A DNA stretch of 64,000 nucleotides, taken from IMG/VR virus record IMGVR_UViG_3300025674_000024, positions 21,660-85,659 of that record; one strand, given 5' to 3'. Position 1 is the first letter of the stretch; every line of letters starts with the position of its first letter. Shown piece by piece: positions 29,118 through 40,100 of the stretch. The notes under the pieces were generated by a model, which saw only the letters and a program-made list of their open reading frames with translations, had not been told where the DNA came from and searched no databases. The stretch is from a virus. The position numbers were made by a program, and so were the translations under genes.

Positions 29118-29155
29118 TGGAGATTCTCCTTATGAGTATGAATGTAAAGGAGAGA

Positions 29156-31431
29156 TCAAGCGAACACGTCGTTGATATAGAAGCCAGAACCGAAACCGCC
29201 AGTGGAGCCCATGCCAGTGATGTTCACGGCACGCTCTACGGTGATCTCAGCACGGACCACGCGACGCTCACGGATGTAGTACTCAGGACGAACGGCGGGA
29301 GTGCCGGTCAGCTGGTAGGTGTAAGCGAATGCGGGAGTCGCGGCGTTGGCACCACCTGCGGGCATCACGGAATCGGAAGCGCTTAGCGGGCTGTAGAACA
29401 GCAGCACGGCGTTTTCGGGGAACACCGGAGTCAGAGTGCCGTCATCGGCGAGACGACGACCTTCAGCCACGCGGATACCGCGCTCGAGACCGAAGTAACG
29501 TGCGAGCACGTCCACGTCTATCGAGTCGGCGGTCGTGAACTGAATGCGATCCAGAATCGCGGCGTTGGTCAGCAGGCTGTCGAACACAGCGGTGCCGATT
29601 ACGGCGCCATTGGGACGAATACCGATCTGATTGGATACGGCACGCTTCCAGTTGAGAACGTCGGAGATGGGGTTGTTGCCAGCTGCACCCCAGCTAGCAC
29701 CACCGGAGGAGATGCCGATCGTGGTGGCGTTAGCATCGTAGGTGGTCCAGTTAGCGTAACCGAGTCCCAGGGTACCACCGGCGACAATGTTGCCGGCTTC
29801 GTAGTTACCTGTGGTGCTCACCGCATTGGACACGGTCACCTCGTAGCTGTTCATGAGGCGGGACATCGCGTTGCGTGTCTCAATGGCGCGCAGGTCGACT
29901 TGAGCAGGGCCCTCACCGGCGTTCTCGATCACTTCCTCGGGAAGTTCCCAAGCGATCACTTCTTGCTCGAGAGCGTAAGCGTCGGTGTCGAAGCGGCTTT
30001 GAACGGCGGGGATGTTGGTGCCGTAGGCGCGACGGTAGTCGGAGATAGCGAAGGCTTCCTTGCCGAAGCGCAGGATTTTACCGGCGCGGGTGGGGGTGTC
30101 CACCACAGGGGCAATGAAGTTTGCGATGCTGGTCTCGGGCAGCATGAAGCCCTGAGCCAGGGTTGTGAGAATAGGCAGTATGTTATCGTAAAAGAGTTTA
30201 GCTTTTACTTCTTACGGTTTTCATTCCCGTAAGTTCAGACTATATCATCATCCCTTGAATACGCCTTTAATCCATCCATCTCCAGGACATTCTTTACTCC
30301 TGGTTCTCTCTACGATACCGTCTTCTGCAATTCGGTACCAGCGAGTTTTTCCTTTAGACATCTTGCCACCTTTAGCGGCAAAATATTTTCCTTGGGGCCC
30401 TCTACCTCTTTCCCAGCCGTCACCCGGACAGGAATGAGATCTTGTAACTTGATCCTCTTTATGCCACCATAGCATTTTGCCAGTAGCTAGTCCGCCCTTT
30501 CGAGAGTTTTCTCGGGCGGTCGGATCATTCTCCATCAGAGCCTTCATAAACTTAGAATTAAGTTTCTTATGCTCTTCAGAAATAGTTTTGTTCTTGTGGG
30601 CTTTCCCTATGTTTTTTCTCCATTCTTCAGAGAAATTTCTCCCTAAGTTTGTTTTTAGACCGTCTAAACATTTTGTTCGTAGGTCTAAGTATTCTTGAGG
30701 AGAAAGTTCTCGTCCGTCTAGATGAGACATAAACCAGTAGGCTTGCTTAAGTTTGACTTCTTCTGGGAAAGCGTCTATAAGCAGCTTATGCGCTTGTAGG
30801 TGCTCTATTGGAGTAAGCCAAACTAAGTTTGAAGTATCGTCAGAACCGCCAAGACATCTTGAAATGATGTGATGAAGTTCGTGATACCCCTCTGGTTTTT
30901 CTTTGCGATAAAGGAAAGATGAAATGAATTCTGTGTACTCAGGGGAGCTGGGCGCTCGTGGGAAGGTTATTGTTGGGTCACTCACTTCCTAGTCGTTGAA
31001 CCTTTTTATCTCAATCTATTTTACAAATAGACACCCGAGATAAACTTGGCTGCTGATTCCCATTTCAGGGTTCCAGCAATTCACCCAGTTCTCGCATCCT
31101 TCTTACGAAAGAGCGGGACCGTTTTCACAATCGACACCACCGTAGGTGTCACGAAGCAAATGTGTTATCGTAAGAGAGTTTAGCTCTTACTTCTTACGGT
31201 TACTGTTCCCGTAAGTTCAGACTATATCATCATCCCGATCGTCTTTGCAGTTGATCGGGAGCCGGGCGCTCTTGGGTGGAGTTATTGTTGGGACTCATCC
31301 ACCTAGTCGTTGAACGTTCCACAGAACCTAAGCCCTCTGTGGCTTCGCTGCTGATTCTCCTTTCAGAGTTCCAGCAATTCACCCGGTGTTCGACGCGGAT
31401 CACTCCACGAAGGAACCTATCGATTCATCAT
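29156..31431 (-). CDS. Major capsid protein, spliced: join(31423..31431, 31130..31156, 29156..30175), 351 aa
   Basis: AAGGAG Shine-Dalgarno, then exon 1 MMN, exon 2 LRDTYGGVD and exon 3 PILTTLAQGFMLPETS..., giving an in-frame VDPILTTLAQGF capsid N-terminus. Confidence 0.88.
30176..31129 (-). mobile_element. Group I intron 2 of the capsid gene (contains an HNH ORF)
   Basis: Minus strand: 5' exon ends in U; P1 GAU|UGU-GAAA-ACGGUC; P AATTGCTGGAA; Q AATCAGCAGCC; R GTTCAACGACTA; S GATATAGTC; terminal G. Confidence 0.92.
30248..30985 (-). CDS. Intron-encoded HNH homing endonuclease (NUMOD-like repeats)
   Basis: HELHHIISRCLGGSDDTSNLVWLTPIEHLQAH; twin CPGDGW repeats; AT-rich; lies between the R and S elements. 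Confidence 0.9.
   Translation of the reverse strand: MSDPTITFPRAPSSPEYTEFISSFLYRKEKPEGYHELHHIISRCLGGSDDTSNLVWLTPIEHLQAHKLLIDAFPEEVKLKQAYWFMSHLDGRELSPQEYLDLRTKCLDGLKTNLGRNFSEEWRKNIGKAHKNKTISEEHKKLNSKFMKALMENDPTARENSRKGGLATGKMLWWHKEDQVTRSHSCPGDGWERGRGPQGKYFAAKGGKMSKGKTRWYRIAEDGIVERTRSKECPGDGWIKGVFKG
31157..31422 (-). mobile_element. Group I intron 1 of the capsid gene (266 nt, no ORF)
   Basis: P AATTGCTGGAA, Q AATCAGCAGC, R GTTCAACGACTA, S GATATAGTC; exon GAAU pairs with intron GUUC; terminal G at 31157. Confidence 0.92.
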
Positions 31432-31513
31432 TGACTTTAAGTCTCCTTCTGCAGAAGATATAGTTTGTCCCTGGACTTACACCAACCCCAAGAGGTTAGA
31501 TGCCAGGGTGAAA

Positions 31514-31960
31514 TTAGCTGAAGCTGACGAGCACGTAATCCTCACCGCCTTGGGTGAGAACTTCGCGGATGATCGGGGTTGTGCCGTTGACAGTCACAGC
31601 GGCGCCGGCAGCGTTAGTCACTGCCTGACCGTTGGCGTTCACCTCGAGAGCGGTACCGATGTCAGCGGCCACGGGCACGTTAGCACCGGCCTCGGCGGAA
31701 ATTAGCAGCAGACCGGAGGTAGCCACGGTCAGCATGCGAGTCTCGTCGGTTGCGAAACCGGTCGCGGGAACGTTGTCGTTCATCGTGAACTGTGCCACGC
31801 CCACGGATTCGCCGCCGTTGGACTGTTGAACGAGCAGGGGTACGGTGCCGGGAGCCGCGGTCAGTTCGACCACACGGAATTCATTAACGGCGGTGCCTTG
31901 AGCGACCTGGAAACTTTCTGCAAATCTTACATACTGACGCCCATAAACAGGTGCAGCCAT
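31514..31960 (-). CDS. Capsid decoration/cement protein
   Basis: Immediately upstream of the capsid gene; GVAQ...TVATSG....AE...IG..L..NANGQAV pattern. Confidence 0.7.
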   Translation of the reverse strand: MAAPVYGRQYVRFAESFQVAQGTAVNEFRVVELTAAPGTVPLLVQQSNGGESVGVAQFTMNDNVPATGFATDETRMLTVATSGLLLISAEAGANVPVAADIGTALEVNANGQAVTNAAGAAVTVNGTTPIIREVLTQGGEDYVLVSFS

Positions 31961-32063
31961 GTGTTTTCTCCTAAGATGAAAAGGATATCAATTGCCGTCT
32001 TTTCTTAGACGGGTCTTCACAGTGTTGTTTTACCCACCCCTAACATGGGACAGGTTTCAATAG

Positions 32064-32984
32064 CTACCTATACTTGATCACACACCGGCAGCGGTCATGG
32101 CACCTACACCCCACTCCTGGCATAGGGAGAGATCCGATTGGCACCCAGCCGAGAGAGTCGTAGTATTTGCAGTCCTCACACACTCTCCTATCGTGCTTTG
32201 AGCTGCGCCGCATCTCTTTGAATCCCTCGGTTCTCTTCTTGGAAGACTCCCCTGTGACGAACCATCTCCAGAGAGGAGTGACTAAGAATCTCTTAAGACG
32301 AGCGCCGAGTCCATTCCAGGTAGCGGGGCCTCTCTGCCTTTGCCTCGGTTTGGATTCCTTTTGAGCTTTCTCAGCCTGAGTGTCGGTCTCAGCGGTAGGA
32401 CTAATCTTACGGCCTTTGCCCTCTTTCTGAGTGTCTTTAACTGTAGTCTTAGCCGCTCGAATTGCCGCTTTGGTAGCTCGAGCCCCTGTGAGGGGGATGA
32501 CAAGAGATGTGGGAGCAGAGACTACCGGAGCTTCGAGATTTCTTTCATCTTGGGACACAGTGAGGGGTTGGTCTTCTCCCGGGACAGGATAGTACCAATC
32601 ATCATCCTCCTCCTCCTGGTAATTCTCCTCATCTGAGAGACGGTCATTATCCAGGGAAAGCTTGATGTCGTCAAAGAAGTTCCAGAGGTACTTCATCTGA
32701 CCCATCGTCTCGGAGTAGAGAGTCTGTGGGATCTTTGTCTCTCCCAGTCCTAGCATCACAGCTGCAACTGATGAGATAAGAGTATCCTCTGCAGAAGCCC
32801 TCTGGAACTCTGAGAAAGTGATCTTATTGGCTTTGAGCTTTCTTGTGAGGGCCTCAGCTCGGCCTTCCATCTCCGCCTCTAGGCCCTCAAGAGAGGTGAA
32901 GGATTCAGCTAAGCGCTGGGCACGGTCGATGTAACTCTCCCGGCGCTTAGCCGCCTGACCAATAAAGGACAGAAGCTCCATCAC
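32064..32984 (-). CDS. Head morphogenesis (MuF/gp7-like) protein
   Basis: C-terminal VCEDC...GWVPIGSLPMPG..CRC..RCRC. Confidence 0.7.
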   Translation of the reverse strand: MMELLSFIGQAAKRRESYIDRAQRLAESFTSLEGLEAEMEGRAEALTRKLKANKITFSEFQRASAEDTLISSVAAVMLGLGETKIPQTLYSETMGQMKYLWNFFDDIKLSLDNDRLSDEENYQEEEDDDWYYPVPGEDQPLTVSQDERNLEAPVVSAPTSLVIPLTGARATKAAIRAAKTTVKDTQKEGKGRKISPTAETDTQAEKAQKESKPRQRQRGPATWNGLGARLKRFLVTPLWRWFVTGESSKKRTEGFKEMRRSSKHDRRVCEDCKYYDSLGWVPIGSLPMPGVGCRCHDRCRCVIKYR

Positions 32985-35044
32985 TCAGCGGTGAAAAGAA
33001 CGCGCTTAAGAGCCTCCGTGTAATCGATCTCTTCTTCGCGGGAGATCTTCAGCGCTTTTTCGTGGGGATCAAGATCCTCCTCTCTCACCACAGACTCGCC
33101 ACCTGCAACTTCCTCGAAGCAAACCTGGGAAGGAAGGTTTTCTAGGATACGCATCAAAGGGGTAGCGGCGGTCTCGCCTTCCGAAAACTCGAGAGTACCA
33201 AGCTCCAAACCCTCCATGTAGTCTACAAGGTCCTCAGCAGCCACTACAGCCTCGGTCAGCCTACCCGTCTCGTAGAGACCTTCGGCAAACTGCTCGAGTT
33301 GCATGCGGTGAGCCTTACGCTCAGAAAACTCCGCTTCAGATTTGAGCTTAGCGTTAGCGGCTTCGAGTTCCTCGAGGCGTGCCATCATCTCCTCAATCTT
33401 GGAAACGGGAGCTTCCTCGGAGTGGTTCACGTACATCACGCGAACACCCTTGCCTTTTGCTTGCTTGCCTGTGCCGCCGCCATTAGCGAGATCTAAGTAC
33501 TTATCAGGGTAGCCCTTCATCTCAGGGGCTTTGCCGGTCTTCTTACGGTCTTTCTCCATCTTAGAGGACTTACCGGTCTCGCCGTCGTAACCGTCGACTT
33601 CCTCGTCGGTTCCCTTCTCGTCGCCTTCGAAGCCCTTGATCTCGGGAGCAGTTCCCTTCTTACCGCGGCCAGTTTCGCCTTCGGGACCAGCTTTTCCAAC
33701 TTCGCCGCGACCGCTCTGATCGTTGTTGGGATCGAGGGCCTTGCGACCCTTCATACCGTCCTTGCCACGCTTAGGCTCAGAAGTCTTGTCGACGTACTTG
33801 TTGTCGTCGGTCTCAGCATAGCCGAGATTGATACCCTTGGACGGAGACTTAGTGCGCACAAGACCACCGGGGCCATCCTCTTCGGGAGTCACGCCAGTGT
33901 CAGACGAAGCCACGCTGTCCATGCCACGCTTCTTCTTGCTAGGCTCAAAGGTGGGGTCCATGTACATCTCTTCATCCTCTTCCTCCATAGCCTCGCCATT
34001 TTTAGGCTGCTTTTTCACCTTGGAGGCGACGGGACCCTCTCCGTCAGCTTCTTCAGACTCCATGCCGGACATACCCTTGGGAGCGGGAGCCTTGAGGCCC
34101 TTTACCTTGCCGTCATGCTCAGCGGTGGCTTCACCGTGCTCCTCAGAATCAGACTCCTCGTAGGACATGCCCTTCTTCTTGGAGCCGCATGAACCGTAGT
34201 CCATGTCCTTCTCTTTCATAGCCTCGTCCATGGACTTACCACTGGCCTCAGCTTTCTTTTTGGCGGCTTGCTTCTTAAGAGCGTCGGGTAGATCTTTACC
34301 TTCCATCTCCTTGGACATCACGGAGTCATCGTCCTCCTTTTCTTCGGAGTCGCCCTCCTCGCCCATCTTTTCGCCCTTGACTTTCTTGGGCTTTTTCATA
34401 CCCATCATCTCACCTTCGGCGAATTCGCCTTCGATGGTTTCTTCTTTAACTTCGGCGGGAGCTTCGAGTTGCTGCTCCATCACCTCTTCCTGAGTGTTCA
34501 TCTCAGCGCGAGCCTCATTGAGTTTTTCTTTAAGGAGTTCAAGAGGTCCCATGTCCTTCTTGAGTGTAGGTCCGAGTTCCGGATCGAACACGGCGTCTGG
34601 AGTAAGAGTTGTGGCGAAATCTACGATCCCGTCATCACTCTCCTCGTAAGCGAAGCCTTTAAGCCCTTTCACAGCCGGAGGTTGGGCCCCCAGCAGAGCG
34701 ACGTGGCGCAGTGACCACTTACCCGGCTCTGGGTTGATCTTGGACTCGGGAGAATAGAAGGATGCGCTCACCTTCTTATAGAGTCCGTTCTGAATGTAAT
34801 CCTTAGCTAAGGGAGAGAAGTCAATCTCAGCAAAGAGTTTGTCACCCTTAACTTTGACGTCCCGAACCCATCCCCATGAGGGAACTTTGTCATTGTCCTC
34901 GTGGCCAATCCGAATCGGAGCCTCGTGAACACTAGGATTATAGGAGGAAGCGATCTCAGAGAGGTCTTTCTTTGTAAACTCTCTTGTCACCCCTTGCGCC
35001 GAGGTCTGGGTCCCGGCTTTAAAGATGTGTACTTCTTTGATCAT
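32981..35044 (-). CDS. Mu-like prohead protease I with fused scaffold
   Basis: IFKAG, EAPIRIGH, WGWV, YKKVSASFY, LRHVALLGAQPPAVKGL; long charged C-terminal region. Confidence 0.9.
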   Translation of the reverse strand: MIKEVHIFKAGTQTSAQGVTREFTKKDLSEIASSYNPSVHEAPIRIGHEDNDKVPSWGWVRDVKVKGDKLFAEIDFSPLAKDYIQNGLYKKVSASFYSPESKINPEPGKWSLRHVALLGAQPPAVKGLKGFAYEESDDGIVDFATTLTPDAVFDPELGPTLKKDMGPLELLKEKLNEARAEMNTQEEVMEQQLEAPAEVKEETIEGEFAEGEMMGMKKPKKVKGEKMGEEGDSEEKEDDDSVMSKEMEGKDLPDALKKQAAKKKAEASGKSMDEAMKEKDMDYGSCGSKKKGMSYEESDSEEHGEATAEHDGKVKGLKAPAPKGMSGMESEEADGEGPVASKVKKQPKNGEAMEEEDEEMYMDPTFEPSKKKRGMDSVASSDTGVTPEEDGPGGLVRTKSPSKGINLGYAETDDNKYVDKTSEPKRGKDGMKGRKALDPNNDQSGRGEVGKAGPEGETGRGKKGTAPEIKGFEGDEKGTDEEVDGYDGETGKSSKMEKDRKKTGKAPEMKGYPDKYLDLANGGGTGKQAKGKGVRVMYVNHSEEAPVSKIEEMMARLEELEAANAKLKSEAEFSERKAHRMQLEQFAEGLYETGRLTEAVVAAEDLVDYMEGLELGTLEFSEGETAATPLMRILENLPSQVCFEEVAGGESVVREEDLDPHEKALKISREEEIDYTEALKRVLFTAE

Positions 35045-35083
35045 ATTAGTAAGACTGGGACAGCCTCAAGGTGGTTTTACCCG

Positions 35084-36493
35084 TCATTCTCCTAGTATCT
35101 CGTCGATCAGGGCATTGAGCGCATCATCATCGAGATCCTCATCTTCCTCTTCTTTCTTAGTGGGAGCGGGAGTTGGAGTCTCATCTCCCACTCTCTCCTT
35201 CTCGTTCTCCTCAGTCTCTTCCTCCTCGGGAGGAACTTCTGGGAGGGGACCCTTAGCTTGGGTGTCTTCAGGTTCCTCGAGTTCCACTTTGAAGTTGGCT
35301 TCGATCCAGTCTCGAGTGGGACGGAACCCGACTTTCTCGATCATCACGCCGACGTCAGTCATCGTCAGAGAGGACTTGTCCTCGGTCACAAAGTGGCGAC
35401 GGATCTTCGGTGCCACAACGTTAGTACCGAAGTTGAGATCTACGATCCAGCGAACGAGGCTCTCGTTGAGAGTAGCGCACAGGAGTTCGGAAAGCTCCTG
35501 AGCTCGGACCTCTCTCACGGTCTGAGCGACCTCCGAAGAAGCTCTCGAGCCAGCCTCAGCGCTCCCTGCTTCGTCCTCTCCCGCGATGAGAAGGTTGATC
35601 TCTCTGATCAGAGAGTCTCGCAGCTGGGAGAAAGTCTCTGGAGAACCCTGCGGATTGATGAACTCGAGTTGGTAGCCCTCCGGGAGGATCAGCGCGGTCT
35701 CTTGGGAGAGGTTGGTGAGGTGATCGTAGAGAGTGTCAATTTCAGAAGTCGTAGCGGACAGAGGAGCGGTAGCTACAGCTGTCGGGTTCGCGAAGCGGTC
35801 GCTGTAAAGAAGTTGAGACTCGAGAGCTCGCCGCTTGAACTTGACGATAGGATAGAGGATCCGGCCCAGACCGCAGCCGTACGGATCTCCGTTGGCCTGA
35901 GCCCAGTAACGAAACACCATGAACTTGCGAGCGGGGAGATCTTCCCCCTCGAAAGTGTTGGCGCGAGTTACGAGCTTCATTGTGAAGCCCATGTCAGCAT
36001 CCTTGTTTTCTTGAAAGAGGAAGCGGCGCACGTCCCTGGGTCGCACGTCGTAGGCCTTCACTCCGCTCTTCGTGCGACGCCACATGATCTCGCCGACGGA
36101 GAACCCGACAACGTAAGCCTCGAGCATCGCCTTGAAGATCTCGTCCATCGGGAGATCGTAGATCTGACCCTCGACAAACTCTTTCACGGCTTGGTCCCCG
36201 GGAGAATCCGAGGCCGGTTCTACAATGAGGTCTCTCGCTGTGATCTCTTGGACCACCTTCTCCCAGGCTGCTTGGACGTTAGAGTCAAAGAGCAGTCTCT
36301 GATAGATGATGAGAGCAGCGATACCGCCCTTCTGAAGGAGAAGCTCATCGTTGGGACGGACGATGACGTCGCCAGTCCCGGTGTGCATAACACCTGGGAA
36401 GTATCCGTAAACCGTCTGCCTATTGTAGGGGTTGGCTGAATACTGGGCTACCTCCCCTTTGGGGATAGCTGGGATTTCAAAGCGCTTTGCCAA
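35084..36493 (-). CDS. Portal protein (Mu gp29/DUF935)
   Basis: GFSVGEIMW, P.RKF, DPYG.GL...LY, LVRWIVDLNFG. Confidence 0.9.
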   Translation of the reverse strand: MAKRFEIPAIPKGEVAQYSANPYNRQTVYGYFPGVMHTGTGDVIVRPNDELLLQKGGIAALIIYQRLLFDSNVQAAWEKVVQEITARDLIVEPASDSPGDQAVKEFVEGQIYDLPMDEIFKAMLEAYVVGFSVGEIMWRRTKSGVKAYDVRPRDVRRFLFQENKDADMGFTMKLVTRANTFEGEDLPARKFMVFRYWAQANGDPYGCGLGRILYPIVKFKRRALESQLLYSDRFANPTAVATAPLSATTSEIDTLYDHLTNLSQETALILPEGYQLEFINPQGSPETFSQLRDSLIREINLLIAGEDEAGSAEAGSRASSEVAQTVREVRAQELSELLCATLNESLVRWIVDLNFGTNVVAPKIRRHFVTEDKSSLTMTDVGVMIEKVGFRPTRDWIEANFKVELEEPEDTQAKGPLPEVPPEEEETEENEKERVGDETPTPAPTKKEEEDEDLDDDALNALIDEILGE

Positions 36494-36494
36494 T

Positions 36495-36848
36495 TCAGAT
36501 CACCAGTGAAAGAGACAGAGGAGGTTGAAGATCTCCCGAGACACTGTAAGTGATCGTCACAGAGTAAATACCCGTCTCTCCGTTAGTCCAGTTTCCACTT
36601 ACAGATAAGTCTTGCACGGCTCCTACTTGCTCCGCGATCGCATTGGAGATCTTCGCGTCGATCGCAGCGGGCTGCATGGTCTCAAAAGTATCGTCAGGAA
36701 GGCCGTAGTCCGCTCTCATGATCCTCTCGAAAGGCCGTGTCTCCAGCACAGAGATGATCCTCTCTTCCACCAACTGGGCATCAGTGGACAAGCTCAAGCC
36801 ACCACCAGAGACTTGCAGAGGGTATGTGAGACCGCGGATGTTTGTCAT
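36495..36848 (-). CDS. Baseplate wedge gp25/gpW-like protein
   Basis: GLTYPL...I.SVLETRPFERIMRADYG. Confidence 0.85.
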   Translation of the reverse strand: MTNIRGLTYPLQVSGGGLSLSTDAQLVEERIISVLETRPFERIMRADYGLPDDTFETMQPAAIDAKISNAIAEQVGAVQDLSVSGNWTNGETGIYSVTITYSVSGDLQPPLSLSLVI

Positions 36849-37144
36849 GAGATCCTATATCGTCTGACGATCTCGGCATTGATCTTTCTTACGTAAGTAT
36901 CCCATCCTTTGGGCTGCTCTTTGCCGAGACTGAGCGCCTCCTTTCGCAACTCGTCGAGTGCGATGTTGGAATACATTGAAGGGTCTATCGGACCTTTCTT
37001 TTTAACCTCAACGTCGTTCTCCATCCCGACGACAAGAAGGGAAGAGCACAGAGTCCCGAGTGAGACCTTGTGCTCCGCCGCTCTCGCCTTTAGTTCGGAA
37101 TGGAGAGACTCTTCGACGTCGAACGTCAGGCGTTTCTTTGCCAC
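36845..37144 (-). CDS. Ribbon-helix-helix DNA-binding protein
   Basis: KRLTFDVEESLHSELKARAA...SL. Confidence 0.7.
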   Translation of the reverse strand: MAKKRLTFDVEESLHSELKARAAEHKVSLGTLCSSLLVVGMENDVEVKKKGPIDPSMYSNIALDELRKEALSLGKEQPKGWDTYVRKINAEIVRRYRIS

Positions 37145-37165
37145 TGTAGTCTCTCCTTGTGTTTA

Positions 37166-40100
37166 TCAGTTCAGGCCTTGCTGAGAAAGAGTGTCGGGAA
37201 TGCCGCCAATACCGACGCGGACAAGATCCACTTCGATACGCTCCAGTGTGGGTGCGGGAACCACAAACAACTTTACGTTGACGAAGCCGTTCTCCAGGTT
37301 GCCGCCGGGGTTGTTCCGCTCGTCGCAGACCACCTCGAAGGCCTCCGCGGGAGTGGAACCGAACAGAGCACCTGGAATGTAGAAGTTTTCGTACAGAGTG
37401 TTGTGAGCGATCGCGCGGATCTGGTTGAACGTAACGGCCCGTCCGTCGATGATGTTGAAGATTTGACCGTCGAAGGCGGAAAGCATGCTTCCGTAAATGA
37501 CGTTCAGAACCACACGGGTGTTGACAAAGGAGTAGAGAGCCTGCGTCGCATTTCCGCGGTTCACGCGAGTGCGGGAACCCCAGACGAACACAGGACCGAA
37601 CACCTCCCCGGTGTCGGCATCCACGGTGCTGTAGCCAGGCAGCTGACGCAGAGCGTTGAGACCCTGTGGGTTGCTGACTTCCTGCTGCGCGGTAGAGATC
37701 TGGATCTCCACGCCGCGAGCACCGGCCAGGCTGTACTTCGCTCCTGCGGGAGGCAGTCGGAAACCGGAAGCCTCGTCGCGGTAGCGGCGAAGTGCGAGTC
37801 CTGTGACGTAGGAAGTGGGTTGGATGAACACACCCACGTCGTTCTTGACGTAGGGAGCGTAGTAGGCGAGGAAGCCTTGCGTGGTCGAGTAGGACAGAGC
37901 CTCCTCAAACAGACGGTTGTGGCTGTCCATGCCCTTCTCGATGACGGCCATCTGGGGAACGCCGCCGTTGTTGACTCCGCGGAGCGCCTCGCTAACGAGA
38001 TCACCAGCGGTAACGGCGAGGAAGTTCCACAGGTTGTTGGGAACGTCAGCCTCGGGCTCGAGCAGCTCAGCGGTCACGTAGGCACCGTAGAGGGTGTCGT
38101 AACTCTGACCAGTCTGCAGCACGTAGTGGATGAAGATGTCATCGAACGACGTGTTGGCCTGCTCACCTGTGCTTAGGGGCACGCAGACGAAGTTGTTCTC
38201 GCCGGCGAAGTCCTGAGCGGGGTTCAGGGGGACGGCAAGATCGTCTTCTGTGTACTGGAAGGTGTAGGGGTTGGAGGTCGAGGTCACCAGGAATTCCACA
38301 CCACCGGCATTATCCACACCGGCATTGGTGATGGTGACGGCGGTACCGGCCACAGCATCAGCGGCGGACTCAGCGAAAGAGATGGTGTTCGCATCGACCT
38401 TGATCACAAAGTAGGTCGCGTCGTCGGTCAGGCCACTGGCGAGAGTAGCCCCCGTAGCGGTGTTCACCGTCACTTGGTCTCCGGTCAGGTAACCGTGGGA
38501 TGTGATGGTAACTTCGTCAGCGGCGAAGGTCACGTTGGCCGCAGCTACCTCGTACACCGGCACACCCTCGGGAGTGCGGCTGTAAGAGAAGCGAACGTCG
38601 GTGCTGATATCAGCGGCGTAAGCAACGCCGTAGGGGTCGTTCACGCCGGTCTGAATTGCCACATTGGCCTCGTCGCGAACACCGGCCACGGCGAGAGTCA
38701 CGTCGAGTTGGTACTTGCGACCGCGGATGTAACGCAGGACTCCGGCATCGCTGAACTCACCACCATCCAGACCCACGGCCATCTTCTTGTAGAAGCGGAC
38801 GGGAGTGGAGGTCGTGATAGCGGAGGTCGGGTAGTCCGCGAAGGCCTCGGAAGCAAGATCAGAAGCGGAGCGAGCGAGACGGAATAGGTTCCGGTCGATC
38901 TGCTCAGCGAAGTACACGTCGGAGGACGTAGCCGTGGTGCCTTCGAAGATGGTCTCCGTGGCGGTGGCGATATCTCCGTCGAAGTACAGCTTGTCAGCAG
39001 TCTTCACAGGGTGGTTAGCCGAGAAGATGAGGGCGTCACGGCCGCTCATGATCACGGATTGAGTAGCGGCTCCGGCAGGGTTCAGAACCGTGGTGGAATC
39101 GGTACCCGCGGTAGTCAGAGTGATCTGAGTGCCGGCGACTGCGTTGGCGAGCGAAGTGGCGAGCCGGATGGTGTTGTCATCCACCTTGATCACAAAGTAC
39201 TCTGTGCCAGTGCTGAGACCCGTGGGGGAAGCAGAACCGTCGGAGGGCAGCAGGTAGTAGTTGATTGCATCGCCGGTCGAGTAACCGTGAGCGACCACGG
39301 TGATCTCGTCAGTGACGGTGTCTACATCAGCGGCGTTGAAGTAGAACAGCGTCAGACCGCCGCTGAAGACAGCGGAGGAGGGATCGGTCACCTGACGAAC
39401 GAGACCCTTGAAGTCGTGCTGAGCAGTGGGCTTCTGGAGAGTACCAGGCAGGTGTAGAGTGTTGAACGACACATCGTCAGCACCGCCGTTGGCTTCGACC
39501 AAGCTGGAGGTCTTGCCCTTGATCTCTACGGTGAATTCCCATGCGGGATCAGCGTAGGTGAACACGAGCATGCCGCCACCATGGGGAGTACCACCGGTCG
39601 TCAGATCGATCGGCTGGTCAGCGGAAGCGCGGGCCTTAGATGTGGCGAGCTTGATCTGTGTGCTCGACAGCGTGTTGTCGATGTCGCTGGCGATGACGTA
39701 GAACGAACCTTCCAGAGGCTGGCTGGTGACACCAGTGGGAGTGTCAGAGTACAGCGGAGCGGTAGGCAGAGGCGTGTTCTCGAAGATTGCGACGGACACC
39801 AGAGTACCTGAAGGCAGAGCATCCACGTCCCACTCTTCGGCGAGAGTGATAACGTCGGTCGCGGGAGTTACGGCAACGTCAGCGCGGACCTTCTGGTCAT
39901 CCTTCATCGCGTAACGGATACCGTCGGCGATGGCGGAGTTGGCGCTGAGGATTCCGCTAGCGGGATCGTAGTTGGCCTGGGTGAAGTTGAGTGGGCTGGT
40001 GTCAGTCCACTCGTAGATCACGTTGTCCACGAGGTAGAGACCGCCGGTCTCGAAACCGTTGGAGGGATTGTGATCCTCGAAGTTCTTGTAGGTCTGGATG

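Noticed and set aside
29156-30145. ORF-track capsid start at 30145
   Set aside because: The frame continues upstream to the intron 3' splice site; the spliced product has a Shine-Dalgarno and the conserved VDPILT motif.
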